From positions 43,338,001 to 43,402,000 of the forward strand of contig OZ024753.1 of NCBI GenBank assembly GCA_964016885.1: DNA of 64,000 bases, given 5' to 3'. Origin of the DNA: Eledone cirrhosa (taxonomy: Eukaryota). The position numbers and the translations under genes are program-made. Below the pieces are notes generated by a model that was not told where the DNA came from, ran no database searches, and saw only the letters and a program-made list of their open reading frames with translations. Position 1 is the stretch's first letter; every line of letters starts with the position of its first letter. Positions 12,697-27,742 of this stretch are shown here, piece by piece.

Positions 12697-13880
12697 ATCA
12701 TCGTTTAACGTCTATCTTCCACGCTAGCATGGGTTTAGATGGGAATTGTCCCACGTGAGGCAAGATTGGTTGTCTTGCTCGAATAGGACTGTCTGGCAGG
12801 TTTTCTATGGCTGGATGCCCTTCCTAACACCAACCACGTTTACAGTGTTACCTACATGGCCACATTACAGCGTGGACTGTGTGTTATTTTTGTCGTGACA
12901 CCTACACAACCTCATTTATTTAGGATTGGATGTTGTGGCACTAACATAACTTTACAGAAAAAGGGGTGGTGTAGATAGGGGTAGTAGGATGGGGGTGTAT
13001 TTTTGGTTAGGAGGTGCCTACTGACTAGGTTTCGCTTTATACTTAGGCAAGGCGGGTCTTCTGTATAACTGTGTAGCGCCAAAGATCTCAGTCTAGTGAC
13101 ATTGTCTTGGAGAGGTGTAAGTGTGTAAGGTCGGAATTTATCAAATCGTCCCAGGTTTTTCTGGGTCTGCCTACTCCATAACTTTCGTCAATTTTGATTG
13201 CCCTGCACTTTTTATACAGCTGTCGTCTTTCATGCGCATCACGTGACCATACCAACGTAGTCTTCTCTCGAGTAAACAGCATCTGATCCCTCTTATTCCT
13301 AATTTCTCACTTAGTTCATTTATGCTTTGCCGTTCACATATATTACTATTACACATCCAACGGAGCATGCAAGCTTCGTTCCTCTCCAGTCTGCGTATAT
13401 CCTCTGGACACAAGGCCCATGTCTCACTGCTATGTAACATTGCTGTTTGTATGCAGGCATCATACAGTCTGCCTTTCATTTTTAGGGAGAAACCTTTAGC
13501 AGCCAATAGTGGTATAAGCTCTCTGAACTTTTTCCATCCCGTTCTAACTCTAGCTACGGTACTTTCAGAACACCCTCCACCACTGCTGATTTTGTCACCC
13601 AGGTAACGGAAGGTGTCCACTATTTCTATAGAACCATCTGGGCAATGGAAGGAGCTAGTATCCTGTGGGCACTTGCGCTACTACTTATTGCACCTGAGCA
13701 CCAGCCACATATAAAATCTATGTTCTTAGTTAGCTTACCTGTGATCCCACTACATCTTTTATGCACCCATACTTTGTATTTGGGACATAAAATGGAGTTT
13801 CTCCCTACTCCTGTCTTACACACTGAGCATGGCCATTTCCCAGTGGAGACCAGTGCCCTTACATAAATAAATCTGTCCAT
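12697..13880 (-). mobile_element. 5'-truncated, frameshifted RTE-clade LINE (RT C-terminal region with PHD-like Cys cluster, 3' UTR, GAT tail)
   Basis: WPCSVCKTGVGRNSILC...WVHKRCSGI...FICGWC; FRYLG...ARVRTGWKKFREL; RRLRWYGHVMRM; GRPRKTW; ends ...gacgttaaacgatgatg. Confidence 0.9.
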
Positions 13881-13884
13881 ACTC

Positions 13885-13980
13885 TTAATCCTTTTCGAAA
13901 TTATTTGAAAATTTAAAATCAGAGGCAGTGTTGTTGTAGTTTTTTTGTTTTTGTTAGAAATCTGGTAACAAAAGGGTTAA
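13885..13980. mobile_element. Short piggyBac-like MITE
   Basis: TTAA-TCCTTTT ... AAAAGGG-TTAA. Confidence 0.55.
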
Positions 13981-13989
13981 ATAAAAGCA

Positions 13990-14280
13990 AAGTAAGTTCT
14001 CGAATTGAAAAGCTACAAAGAGAAGTCAAAGAGATTTTATAACAAACAATGTGATGAGGCATTTTGTGAAGTATAAAAGTGACACTCAGTCAGCTATTGC
14101 ATTTGTTTTTGAATGATATCATGACAAAGTTGAATAATATTAATTCTGAACTTCAAAGAGAAATGAAAATTATTTTACAGATGATAAGTTCAGTAAATGT
14201 TTTTTTTAGAATGAAGTTAAAGTTGTGGAAATTTCAGATAACAAACAGACTGTTTGTTGTTTTTTTACACATTTAGAAAA
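13990..14280 (+). pseudogene. hAT (SPIN/GTF2IRD2-like) transposase fragment
   Basis: LFLNDIMTKLNNINSELQREMKIILQMISSVNVFFRMKLKLWKFQI resembles the DLAFLxDIxxHLNxLNxxLQGxxxxIxxMxxxVxAFxxKLxLW block of this family. Confidence 0.65.
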
Positions 14281-15852
14281 GAGACTGATGTTATGTGTAA
14301 AAATATAATCAATCTGTAGATTATCTCGAAACGATATTGGTAACTTCCTGGTGTCATTTTTGTTTTTGTTTTTCTTTTTTATCTTTTTATTTTTAAATTT
14401 CACTGTTGCTTTTGGCTCATTCAAGTTTATATTTAATATGGTCTGGTGGTTAGGGTGTTGGACTCGTGATTATAATAAGGTGGTGAGTTTGATTGTGGGA
14501 TCAGGTGGCATGTTGCCTTCTTGAGCAAGAAGCTTCATTTCACATTGCCTTTCATGATATAATAATGATCATTATTGCATACAGTGCTCAGGTGCACTAC
14601 AACTCATCAAAGGTGCATTACTGGTACTTTATTTTATCGACATTTGTGCATTATTCTATGTATATTACATAGAATAATGCAGAAATGTCAGGAAGTCAAC
14701 CATGTATGACTGAGGCCATTATCATCAAAACACTGAAGAAACCTCTTATGAAATACTGTGTCATCAGAGGCCAGCTAAAGCTACATATAACATAGATATG
14801 TGTATGAAAGGACTGGAGCCCCTACCATTAAAGCACCTGAGAAACCTCTTATACAGCCATGTTGGAGGCCAGCTATACCTGCATCGGTGTGAGCTGTAAC
14901 AATAACACTGAGGATCTTATGAAAACATCCCAGAAACCTCCTAATCCACCTTCTAAGGAGACCAGCCAAACCCACATAAGTGTAAGCTATAACTTTCATT
15001 TTAGAGTTTATTTCATTTCATTTCACTTTGAATCCACTTAAGAACCTAGATATACAAGACATTGCTTCTCAAACAAACCCCTTTTTGTTTCACATAATTT
15101 CAGGTTGAAGTGAATGTTATAACCCCTACTTCCCCATAAAAGAACAGCCCAGCTATCCATTTATGGCCAAGCAGCACACAGGCTAACATTAAAATGATGC
15201 AAAAAATCATCAGAAGCTGATATAAAAACAATAAATTGTAAATTAGATATGGCAAGAAGGTTGTGTTGTATATCAGTAATTACATTGGGTCATAGGTGGC
15301 AAATTGGCAGTCACTAGAACAACAGATAGAATGCTCTGTGATCTGAACTCAAATCTCATAAAGGACAACTTGCTTTTCATCCTTTCCAGGTTGATAAAGT
15401 TGATAAAGTACCAGTCTAGTCATGAGAGAGACCATTCATAACTTTGTCTGTCTTAATCTCCTGTTTCTGTGCTCAGGAGTTCAACATCGTGGATAGATAG
15501 ACAGACATTGAAGCACAAAAAAGGAAATATGAATTTCCATCTTATCAGGTGCTGACATTTTTATCACTTACCATTTTTAAACATCTCTTTCCTTAAATAT
15601 AAACATGTATTTACTGTTTGGTTCAAGGCCAACTACTGATATATTGAATTTGAAACAAACAAAAAGAATTGTGTATAAGTTTATTTTAATTTTAATAATC
15701 AACACAGAAATTCTCTGTTCTCAAAATACACATTTATTTTCTATATAGGGCTCTAGGTTTTTTCATATCTCATTCACCTTTCCACCCACCCCTCCATTTC
15801 AATAAACCCCAGGGATTAGTGAAATTATAATAAATACAGCAAGCATTCTATG

Positions 15853-15885
<33 letters not shown>

Positions 15886-16369
15886 AGCCTATTTCTCAAT
15901 GATAGCAATCATAAAAAAAAACTGTATCATCTCCTCTGTGGTAGTAACATGATGGTATGTGGCCTATCTTATCTAAAAGAATAGATAGTCAGAATTCAAA
16001 GAAGCTACACTGCCAGGTGCTGGTAAAACATTAAGCGGGGAAATGCAGCTGGATTTGACATCATCCTCAACAGTGAAAAACAAAATAGAAACAAAATCAT
16101 TTCCAAAACTTTCGACAAGATATTGTTATATATTTCAATATTTCTATAGAAATTTTATATGAAAAGAGTTTTAGAAAATAACATATTAAATATAATTTAA
16201 ACAAAACGTGTATGTATATATATATATATGTATGTATGTATAGGTACATGTATGTATATGTGTGTATATAAAAGAATAATCCAGTATCAACCAACATAAT
16301 AAACTTGTTTTCAATTGTTTAATATTTTGATTATTAAGTAATACACATGAAACGTTCAAAGAAAATTTT

Positions 16370-16764
16370 ATGTGTATGTATGTATGTGTGTGGGTGTATA
16401 TATAGATATGTGTGTGTATATATGTGTATGTATGTATGTATGTATATATATATATATACACATATATATACACACACATATCTATATATATGTATATATA
16501 TATATATATATACACACACACATATATATAGAATTGTGTGTGTGTATATATGTATATGTATATATATATACACACATATAGGTGTGTGTATGTGTATGTA
16601 TATATATATATATATATACACGTGTGTGTATGTATACACATATGTGTGTATGTATATTAGTATGTATATGTGTATATATACATATACATATACACACACA
16701 TATATAGATGTGTGTGTGTGTATATATGTATATGTATATATATACACACACACATATAGATGTG

Positions 16765-16801
<37 letters not shown>

Positions 16802-17885
16802 GTATGTATGTATGTATGTATGTGTGTGTATATATGTATATATATACATATATATACACACGTGTGTGTATATATGTTCGTATGTGTGTGTGTATATATG
16901 TGTGTATGTATATATGTGTATGTGTGTATATGTGTATGTATATGTGTGTATATATATATATATGCACATATATATATATATGTGTATGTATATGTGTATA
17001 TATATACACATATGTGTATGTGTGTGTATATATATATGTGTATATATATGATTTTATCTTTATGCAAGAACATATAGGTGTCGGCGTGTGTGTATATATA
17101 TGCATAAATACGTGTATATATATGCACAGATGTATACATTATATTCCACATACATATATATATATTTATATATATACATATATATATATATATATGTATA
17201 TATGATGCTGAAAATATCATGAACTCCAGAAGATAGTACATGAAAAGGAACTATATAACATTTTGTTTATTATTATTATATATATATTACATGCATAAAC
17301 ATGTGTATCTACAACATAATCATCATTTATACAGTATTTGGATAGATATGTTTATGTCTATATATTATGTTTATATATATATATACATATATATATATAT
17401 GTATGTGTTTATATATTTATATATAAATGTTTATATATATAAATGTGTGTGTGTGTGTGTTTATATATACATATATATATATATGTGTGTGTGTTTATAT
17501 ATATATATATATATGTGTGTTTATATATTTATATATATATGTTTATATATATAAATGTGTGTGTGTGTGTGTTTATATATACATATATATATATATGTGT
17601 TTGTATATATATATATTTATATATATATGTTTATATATATAAATGTGTGTTTGTGTTTATATATACATATATATATATATGTGTGTTTATATATATATAT
17701 ATGTGTGTGTTTATATATATATATATATGTGTGTGTTTATATATATATATATATGTGTGTGTTTATATATATATATATATGTGTGTGTGTTTATATATAT
17801 ATATATATATGTGTTTATATATATATATATATATATGTGTGTTTATATATATATATATATGTGTGTGTTTATATATATATATATG
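16370..17885. repeat. Large compound TA/TG/CA microsatellite
   Basis: Direct inspection. Confidence 0.95.
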
Positions 17886-18220
17886 TTGTGAAATAATCCC
17901 ATTAAATGTGCACTGAATGAAGGACGAGCATGCAATTTATAAAATCAACAAAATATTGAAGAAATGGCGACTGTTTACTCCAAAGCTTCGTGGAAGCTGC
18001 TGGTAGCTCTGTGAAAATATTTCTAGTGAAACAACTACAATTATTAACAGTAGTATATATTTCTGGGGCTTGATACGTCCATTGATGGTGTTTAGTAACT
18101 GCTCCCAGTCTGTTGGTCCATCATGTGTTATGATATGAGGGGCAACAGTTGGCAGTGGACCTTAGTAAAGTATTTATATATGTTATATTTGAGGTTGAGA
18201 ATCTGTCAGACTCTCAGAAT

Positions 18221-18770
18221 ATGTCTGTTGCCACTCAGTTGCTTTGAAATGTTGCTACACAGTAGTTCTGAAACGTTGCCTCTCAGTTGCTTTGAAATAT
18301 TGCCACTATGTTGCATTGAAATGTTGCCACTCAGTTGCTTTGAAATGTTGCTACACAGTAGTTCTGAAATGTTGCCTCTCAGTTGCTTTGAAATATTGCC
18401 ACTATGTTGCATTGAAATGTTGCCACTCAGTTGTTTTGAAATGTTGCTACTTAATTGCAGAAATATTACCAAACAGTAGCCTTATGTTGCTACTCAGTTG
18501 CTTTGAAATGTTGCCACTCAGTTGCTTTGAAATGTTGCTACTTAATTGCAGAAATATTACCAAACAGTAGCCTTATGTTGCTACTCAGTTGCTTTGAAAT
18601 GTTGCCACTCAGTTGCTTTGAAATGTTGCTACTTAATTGCAGAAATATTACCAAACAGTAGCCTTATGTTGCTACTCAGTTGCTTTGAAATATTGCCACT
18701 CAGTTGCTTTGAAATGTTGCCACACAGTTGCTTGGAAATGTTGCCACTCAACAAATTTGATATGTTGCTA
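18221..18770. repeat. 24-bp minisatellite with higher-order 96-bp and 91-bp units
   Basis: gaaatgttgccactcagttgcttt monomer; ORF periods of 32 aa; ORF starts 18455 and 18546 are 91 bp apart. Confidence 0.9.
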
Positions 18771-18898
18771 CACTGTGTAGGTTTGTAAATTTGTTGAACA
18801 CTAGCTTTGAATTTATATTATTTTTGCTCAAAGAATCAAACATTTTACTCAGTGAGGAAACATTGTTTCGAAAACCAAAAAAGCAGTAGTAAATTGCC

Positions 18899-19271
18899 AT
18901 ATATATATATATTATATATATATATAATATATATATATATATAATAATATATATATAATAATATATATATATAATAATATATATATATCTATATATAATA
19001 TATTTATATATAATATATATATATAATATATATAATATATAATAATATATATATAATATATAATAATATATATATAATATATAATAATATATATATATAT
19101 AATAATATATATATATATAATAATATATATATATATAATAATATATATATATATAATAATATATATATATATAATAATATATATATATATAATAATATAT
19201 ATATATATATAATAATATATATATATAATAATATATATATATATATATAATATATATATAATAATATATAT

Positions 19272-19307
<36 letters not shown>

Positions 19308-19830
19308 ATAATATATAATAATAATATATATATATATATATAATATATATATATATATATAATAATATATAATAATAATATATATATATATATATAATAA
19401 TATATATATATATATAATAATATATATATATATATATAATAATATATAATAATAATATATATATATATATATAATAATATATATATATATAATAATATAT
19501 ATATATATATATAATAATATATAATAATAATATATATATATATATATAATAATATATATACATATAATAATATATATATATATATATATATATAATAATA
19601 TATATACATATAATAATATTACCCCCCACTCTCCTGAGCGTGAATTTAATAAACCTTTATCGTACTGCCTCTCTGTTCTGTCCCTGTTCAATTTTTCATT
19701 AATAATATATATATATATATATATAATAATAATAATATATATATATATATAATAATATATAATAATATATATATATATAATAATATATATATATATAATT
19801 ATATATATATATATATATATATATAATAAT
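18899..19830. repeat. (TA)n/(TAA)n microsatellite with an about 80-bp unique insert at 19620-19700
   Basis: Direct inspection. Confidence 0.95.
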
Positions 19831-20065
19831 GAAATTATTGTGTACAGTGCTCAGGTGCACTACAACTCAACAAAGGTGCATGTATAGTACATAGAATAAT
19901 GTACTATCATATTAATTGTATCAATTCTGGAGAGAATCCAATAAATAAAGATAAGTCAGCTTGGGAGTGATTTGAACTTAAAACTGAAGCGCAGAAAATA
20001 TTTACTTGCGACACTCTACCGGTTATATCAATTTGCACACTTTGCTTTGTATTAAAAACAACAAC

Positions 20066-20096
<31 letters not shown>

Positions 20097-20304
20097 ATAA
20101 CAATGAACAGTTGTGAGGTCTGTGTTTCTATATATATATATATGTCAAATCACTGAATGGAAATCTTTTCAGATTTTGTTGGTGGCGGGGGAGGAACAGT
20201 GGGGGTAGGGAACAATGGGGGTGGCGGAGCGGAATTATATAGGAATGATGCATGGAATCTTAGAATGTGAAAGGAAAATAGAAAATGGTCTAAGATTAGT
20301 CTTC

Positions 20305-21505
20305 CACACACACACAGACACAGACACACTGACATATGCATATACAGACACGCACTCACATACACACAAGAACATACACACAAGAACATACACACAAGAA
20401 CATACACACATTCAAACAGCCCCCCCCCATACGCACACCCTCTCTCTTTCTGTCACACACACACCGACACACTCATACATGCACTCTCTCTCAAACACAC
20501 ATGCACAGCACTCTCTCACTGTCACACACACAAACACCCACACACTCATACAGTCTCTCTCTGACACACTCACACACACACACACACACACACAAGACAC
20601 TCACACACCACATATACGCACACACAAACACACACACCACACCCCAGACACACACCACATATACATACACAAACACACACACCACACAGAAACACCATGT
20701 ACACACACACCACACACACACCACACCCGCACAACCCCCCCCCCCCCCCCCCACACACCACCCGCACCACCCACACCACACACACAACACCACACCGTAG
20801 ACCCCCCCCCCCAGACACACATCACACCACGTCCCCAACCCCCACCGCCCACACCGCCCACACCACACCACACCACACTACACCACCACACACCACACCA
20901 TACCACACCACACCACACCACACCACCACACCACCACACACCACACCACCACACACCACACCACATCACACACCACACCACCACACACCACACCACACAC
21001 ACTACACCAGGACACTACCACACCATACCACACCACACCACACCACACCACATCACACACCACACCACACCACCACACACACCACACACCACACACACTA
21101 CACCAGGACACTACCACACACACCACACCACAACACTACCACACCACCACACACCACACCACACACACTACACCAGGACACTACCACACCATACCACACC
21201 ACACCACATCACACCACATCACACACCACACCACCACACACACCACACACCACACACACTACACCAGGACACTACCACACACACCACACCACAACACTAC
21301 CACACCACCACACCACACACACCACACCAGGACACTACCACACCATACCACACCACACCACATCACACACCACACCACACCACACCACACCACACACCAC
21401 ACACACTACACCAGGACACTACCACACACACACCACACACACCACACTACCACACTACCACACCACACCAGGACACTACCCCACACACTACCCCACACCC
21501 CACAC
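20305..21505. repeat. CA/CACCA-rich low-complexity array
   Basis: Recurring cacactacaccaggacactaccacacc unit from about 21000. Confidence 0.9.
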
Positions 21506-21707
21506 ATATTCTGTGTCTTACAGCTATCTATAGTAAATCAAAGATTATGAATAGTGTTCCATCAATAACTCAGTATAGATAATCATAAAACTATAGTATC
21601 TGTTTTATTGTAACAAAAGCCAATACCACAAGTAATCTTTGTAAGTACATAGCTCTACTATAGCTGGCAGTTTTTGTGTTTGTAAACAGGAATTTCAATG
21701 TAATCTC

Positions 21708-21811
<104 letters not shown>

Positions 21812-21961
21812 TTTATGTGTGTGTGTGTGTGTTTCTGTGTGTTCCCCCTTCTCTCTATTTCTCTTCTTTCTGTCTCCCTTGCTCATTATATATCTCTTTC
21901 TCTATATCTATGGTAGGATATATATATATATATATATATATACACTGGCATGTAATGTATG

Positions 21962-22005
<44 letters not shown>

Positions 22006-22030
22006 CATACATTACATATGTATATATATA

Positions 22031-22218
22031 ATTGTTTCTACTTTAGGCACAAGGCCAGCAATTACCCAGTACATTACTGGTACTTTATTTTATCGACCTC
22101 GTAAGGATGAAAGGCAAAGTCAACCTCGGCGGGATTTGAACTCAGATCGTAAAGGGACGTAACTATGCTGGAAAGCATGGCGTCCGACCCTCTACCGATA
22201 CTGCCAATCCACCGCCCT
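22031..22218 (-). mobile_element. Full-length SINE family A
   Basis: Minus strand: ggcggtggattggcagtatcggtag (A box)...gagttcaaatccc (B box)...gccttgtgcctaaagtagaaacaat; other copies at about 10105, 15295, 40045, 42264, 49335-49668, 62187, 63010-63373. Confidence 0.85.
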
Positions 22219-23170
22219 TATGTATATATATAATGTATATATTATATGTATGTATTATATATAATTATTATATATATATATATAATGTAATGTATGTATT
22301 ATATATATGTATATATACATATAATGTATGTATTATATATATGTATATATACATATAATTATATGTATGTATATATTATATGTATATATATATATTATAT
22401 GTATGTATATATACATATAATGTATGTATTATGTATATATATATAATGTATGTATTATGTATATATATATAATGTATGTATATATATACATATAATGTAT
22501 GTATTATGTATATATATACATATAATGTATGTATTATGTATATATATACATATAATGTATGTATTATGTATATATATACATATAATGTATGTATTATGTA
22601 TATATATATAATGTATGTATTATGTATATATATATAATGTATGTATATATATATAATGTATGTATTATGTATATATACATATAATGTATGTATTATATAT
22701 ATATATATATATAATGTAACATATGTATTATATGTATGTATTATATATATGTATATATACATATAATGTATGTATTATATATATGTATATATACATATAA
22801 TGTATGTATTATATATATGTATATATACATATAATGTATGTATTATATATATGTATATATACATATAATGTATGTATTATATATATGTATATATACATAT
22901 AATGTATGTATTATATATGTATATATACATATAATGTATGTATTATATATGTATATATACATATAATGTATGTATTATATATGTATACATACATATAATG
23001 TATGTATTATATATATGTATATATACATATAATGTATGTATTATATATGTATATATACATATAATGTATGTATTATATATGTATATATACATATAATGTA
23101 TGTATTATATATGTATACATACATATAATGTATGTATTATATATATATGTATTATATGTATGTATTATAT
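22219..23170. repeat. AT-rich minisatellite, about 30 bp
   Basis: atatatacatataatgtatgtattatatatgt repeated. Confidence 0.9.
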
Positions 23171-23718
23171 GTATATATGGATATTTGTACATATGTTAAA
23201 TGATATGTAATATAAATATGATATATATATATATAAATATATATAACAGGTGTGTGATAGTGGATGTGTGTGTGTGTGTGTGTGCTGGTGGATGTGTGTG
23301 TGAGATGGTGTGGATGTGTGTGTGAAATAGATTTCCTATTTTTCTATTGATGAAGTAGTTATGTTTGCAACAAAGTGCCGATATTTATATGATTTGCTTC
23401 GAGCGAATCTTGTAATATGTGTGTTATGAGATTGAGAGCTGCAATCTATAAATAGATATATTGATATTGAATTTAGGGTTAATATTATGGTCTACAGAAA
23501 TGGCCAATACTTTTGTGGTTTGATTACTCGTAGCTTTGTTTCCTTTTGCTAAACAAATCTTGACCATATATTTGTTTATTCTTTCTAAACTAGCCAACAG
23601 AATCCCCCTCTTCCTATCCCTACATACGAAACAAAGCAAAAATATATTACTAAAAACAATAGCACAGTAAGAAGAAACAAAATACATTGGGCAGTCGGCT
23701 TTAAAATAAATATGTTAC

Positions 23719-23896
23719 CTTCAGCATGCTTTTGTTAATGTTTAGCCTGAGATCAGCTTTAACGGAAAGTATTTTAGCCTTGAGCATTCTATCTTTTTGT
23801 AAATCTTTAACAGCTTTGTCCAATGTCTTTCGGGTGTTTTTAGCTGTTTTGAGATTAAACTGCCTGGAACCAACCCTGCTGCTACAATGCAAAACT
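23719..23896 (-). CDS. Possible isolated coding exon of unknown product
   Basis: Open, non-repetitive frame (RQFNLKTAKNTRKTLDKAVKDLQKDRMLKAKILSVKADLRLNINKSMLK) bounded by atag| and AAG|gtaac; no homology recognised. Confidence 0.2.
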
Positions 23897-24399
23897 CTAT
23901 ATTTTTAAAGTGTTTATATTTATCTCAAATACTTCCATCATAATTTTGTTAAGTTATGCTTCAAACATCAGCTTCATAATGAGACAATTTGTTATATTAC
24001 TAAAATATTCTGTATTCTTGAAAATATTTTCAAAATGATTTGTAAATCATAAACGGTCTCTTTCATTAAGAATATGGTAGAGAAATGTTAAAAGTGTTGA
24101 TCAAATCTGAATCACAAAACTTAGTTTTACAGGAACCTGTATAATAAAAACTTCACCACAGACTCACATATCTATCTATCTGTGTATGCATGTGTATGTG
24201 TGTGTTCAATGATAAGTGAATGTGTGTGTATGTTAGACCTCTGTCGGTTCCAATGACTGGTGTTCCAGTTGTTTAAACAGCAAAATGGCCTGCTTTTGAA
24301 ATGAGTGTGTAAGTGGCCGAGCATTCTGCAGACATGTGCACGCTGAACACAATTCTTAAGCAGATTTAACACGACACATTGTGTAACAATACTCGTCCT

Positions 24400-24570
24400 T
24401 TTAACTGTGACCACAGTCGAACATTCCTGACAAAGTCTCTCCACAATTCACCATTTTCCATTGGTCCTGGCAACTGTTCCCTAATGAGGTTTGTGTTGGT
24501 TGAAAGTTGATTGATGAAGGTTCTAGCAGGTCTTCCTCCACAGTGTTTCCCATGATTTAGTTCCCACAAT
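24400..24570 (-). mobile_element. RTE-like LINE 3' coding end
   Basis: WELNHGKHCGGRPARTFINQL...MENGELWRDFV; related copy at about 42390-42550 with a partial duplication to about 42660. Confidence 0.7.
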
Positions 24571-25089
24571 ACTGGTCCTTTTTATTACTGGTATACCTCA
24601 ATCTTGTCACCTGAATAGACTAGAGAAATATGAAATAAAGTGTTTTGCTCAGATACAACACACCAACAGGAATCCTACTCCCATTCATATGATCATGAAC
24701 CAAACACTCTAACTACTAAACCAACATACCTGCATACAATATGTAGATTACCTAATAAATAATTATACATTCAGTGTCTAATTAAAATATTTGATTAAAA
24801 TCTCCACCTCAATGGCAATTCTCATCTAATGTCAGGTATTTAATATCAGTTGGTATTTCAATTTAATTTGAAGCCTGCATGCCACGGTGGAATTACTCTG
24901 TCATAAATCAGAGAAGTTAAGATGGTTCAAACTAGTGTTGTAGATCACCAAACTCTTCTTCACAGATTTTTCTTTATTACATCACCATTTCACCTCTTTG
25001 TACTGTTAAATATAATTGGTTAACTTTCACTGAAGCAGGCCAACGACATGGAGTTAACCAATCATAAGATTTCACACCAAATTTGGATT

Positions 25090-25385
25090 AGTGGCATTGT
25101 AAAGTAACTCAGAGATCAGTCACTCCAGGTAGAGCTGCTACTTCTTCGAATTGAGAGATCGCAGCTCTGATGCTACGGGCATGTGGTTAGAATGTCTCAA
25201 GAAAGAATCACTGGACAGATTTTACAGGCAAAAACTAACTGGCAGGAGACCCAGGGGTAGACTCCAAGCAAGATGGTTGAATAACATACATGAACTCAGC
25301 TGGTCTCACTTGGGGATCCAGCTGGATCAGTTGGAGATGGTTGCTTCTGACATGACCCACTGGTAGGAGTGTTTGAGGGAGAAGA
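25090..25385 (+). mobile_element. RTE-like LINE 3' fragment
   Basis: LLLRIERSQL*CYGHVVRM...TGRRPRGRLQARWLNNI; related copy at about 59410-59700 (-). Confidence 0.75.
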
Positions 25386-25489
25386 AAAAGAAGCATAGTT
25401 AAGAGGTTGGTGATCAATTGAAGACAATGTTGGGTAGAGAGAGCCCTTCAGTCTGACCAAACAAATGACAACCTCTCTAGTGCTGGAAA

Positions 25490-25680
25490 AAACGGATGTA
25501 CAAATGATGAGTGGGTAAAGAAGTGCCTAGAAATGCCAGTGGAAAGAAGCTGCAGTAGAGGTAGACCAAGAAAGAACTGGGCAGAGGTTGGGCGAGCTAA
25601 TCCCAAGTCACTGAGACCCACAGAGGAGATGAAGGAACACAAATGTGGAAAAACAGATGTAAAAATGATGATGATGATGT
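25490..25680 (+). mobile_element. RTE LINE 3' end with GAT tail
   Basis: WVKKCLEMPVERSCSRGRPRKNWAEV; same family at 62703-62900. Confidence 0.75.
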
Positions 25681-26334
25681 TGCATTTCATTAGAAATACT
25701 ATCCCTGAAAACATTAATGTTATTTCATTATGATTATTTCTATAACCAATTTACTGCTACAACAGTCCAGAAAAAGTATAACAACAACAAGTATGAGAAA
25801 ATTTTATGCTGATATGAAATGAAATTTATTTGGAAACAGTTTTATTGAAAAGCAGCAATGCAACCTGTTCTGAAATAAACTGTAGAAATCCATGTGTGAA
25901 ATAATAAAAGTGATGGGAAAAATTTTAAATATGGCTTTCATTGGATAATGATAAAAATGTAATTTAGTAGATATTTCTAAGAGAGCACTAGAAATACCTT
26001 CATTTGCCAATCTTTAATAATATTGAAGCTATAACCCTATAAGCAATCTACAGACCTTGCTATTATTAATTATTTATCTGATATATTATTGGCATGTGAT
26101 TCATTGGTCCTGTTACCCTGTTGCTTAAGAAAATATAAAATTTACCAATGATAACCCTTCATGTGAACTTCAGGAATTATCTAGAAACTTCCGATAGTCA
26201 TATTGATGTTTATAACTCATTTCCAGTGATAGAAAGGAAAGGGTTGAGAAGTTAAATTTTGCTTGAAAATTATCTGTTGTAATATAATTTAATTTGAAAC
26301 ATTTTACTAAATGCAAATTCTGAGAAATTATTCC

Positions 26335-27742
26335 TAAAGAGGTAGTACTGGTGCCATGATAAAATACACCCAGTACACTCTGTAAAGTGGTAGTACTGGT
26401 GCCATGATAAAATACACCCAGCCTTGTCTGTAAAGTGGTAGTACTGGTGCCATGATAAAATACACCCAGCCCTGTCTGTAAAGTGGTAGTACTGGTGCCA
26501 TGATAAAATACACCCAGCCTTGTCTGTAAAGAGGTAGTACTGGTGCCATGATAAAATACACCCAGCCTTGTCTGTAAAGTGGGAGTACTGGTGCCATGAT
26601 AAAATACACCCAGCCCTGTCTGTAAAGATGTAGTACTGGTGCCATGATAAAATACACCCAGCCCTGTCTGTAAAGTGGTAGTACTGGTGCCATGATAAAA
26701 TACACCCAGCCTTGTCTGTAAAGTGGGAGTACTGGTGCCATGATAAAATACACCCAGCCTTGTCTGTAAAGTGGGAGTACTGGTGCCATGATAAAATACA
26801 CCCAGCCTTGTCTGTAAAGTGGTAGTACTGGTGCCATGATAAAATACACCCAGCCTTGTCTGTAAAGTGGGAGTACTGGTGCTGTGATAAAATACACCCA
26901 GCCCTGTCTGTAAAGTGGGAGTACTGGTGCCATGATAAAATACACCCAGCCTTGTCTGTAAAGTGGTAGTACTGGTGCCATGATAAAATACACCCAGCCT
27001 TGTCTGTAAAGTGGTAGTACTGGTGCCATGATAAAATACACCCAGCCTTGTCTGTAAAGTGGGAGTACTGGTGCCGTGATAAAATACACCCAGCCCTGTC
27101 TGTAAAGAGGTAGTACTGGTGCTGTGATAAAATACACCCAGCCCTGTCTGTAAAGTGGTAGTACTGGTGCCATGATAAAATACACCCAGCCCTGTCTGTA
27201 AAGAGGTAGTACTGGTGCCATGATAAAATACACCCAGCCTTGTCTGTAAAGAGGTAGTACTGGTGCTGTGATAAAATACACCCAGCCCTGTCTGTAAAGA
27301 GGTAGTACTGGTGCCATGATAAAATACACCCAGCCTTGTCTGTAAAGAGGTAGTACTGGTGCCATGATAAAATACACCCAGCCCTGTCTGTAAAGAGGTA
27401 GTACTGGTGCTGTGATAAAATACACCCAGCCCTGTCTGTAAAGTGGGAGTACTGGTGCCATGATAAAATACACCCAGCCCTGTCTGTAAAGTGGGAGTAC
27501 TGGTGCTGTGATAAAATACACCCAGCCCTGTCTTTAAAGTGGTAGTAATGGTGCCATGATAAAATACACCCAGCCCTGTCTGTAAAGTGGGAGTACTGGT
27601 GCCATGATAAAATACACCCAGCCCTGTCTGTAAAGTGGGAGTACTGGTGCTGTGATAAAATACACCCAGCCCTGTCTGTAAAGTGGTAGTACTGGTGCTG
27701 TGATAAAATACACCCAGCCCTGTCTGTAAAGTGATAGTACTG
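26335..27742 (+). repeat. 48-bp minisatellite, about 29 copies (SINE-tail monomer)
   Basis: cacccagcc(c/t)tgtctgtaaagtggtagtactggtgccatgataaaata; 16-aa period in ORFs. Confidence 0.95.

Noticed and set aside
14727-14770. CTGAAGA...GAAA...TC hammerhead-like string
   Set aside because: Stem I and stem II do not pair; it lies in an unrelated repeat family.
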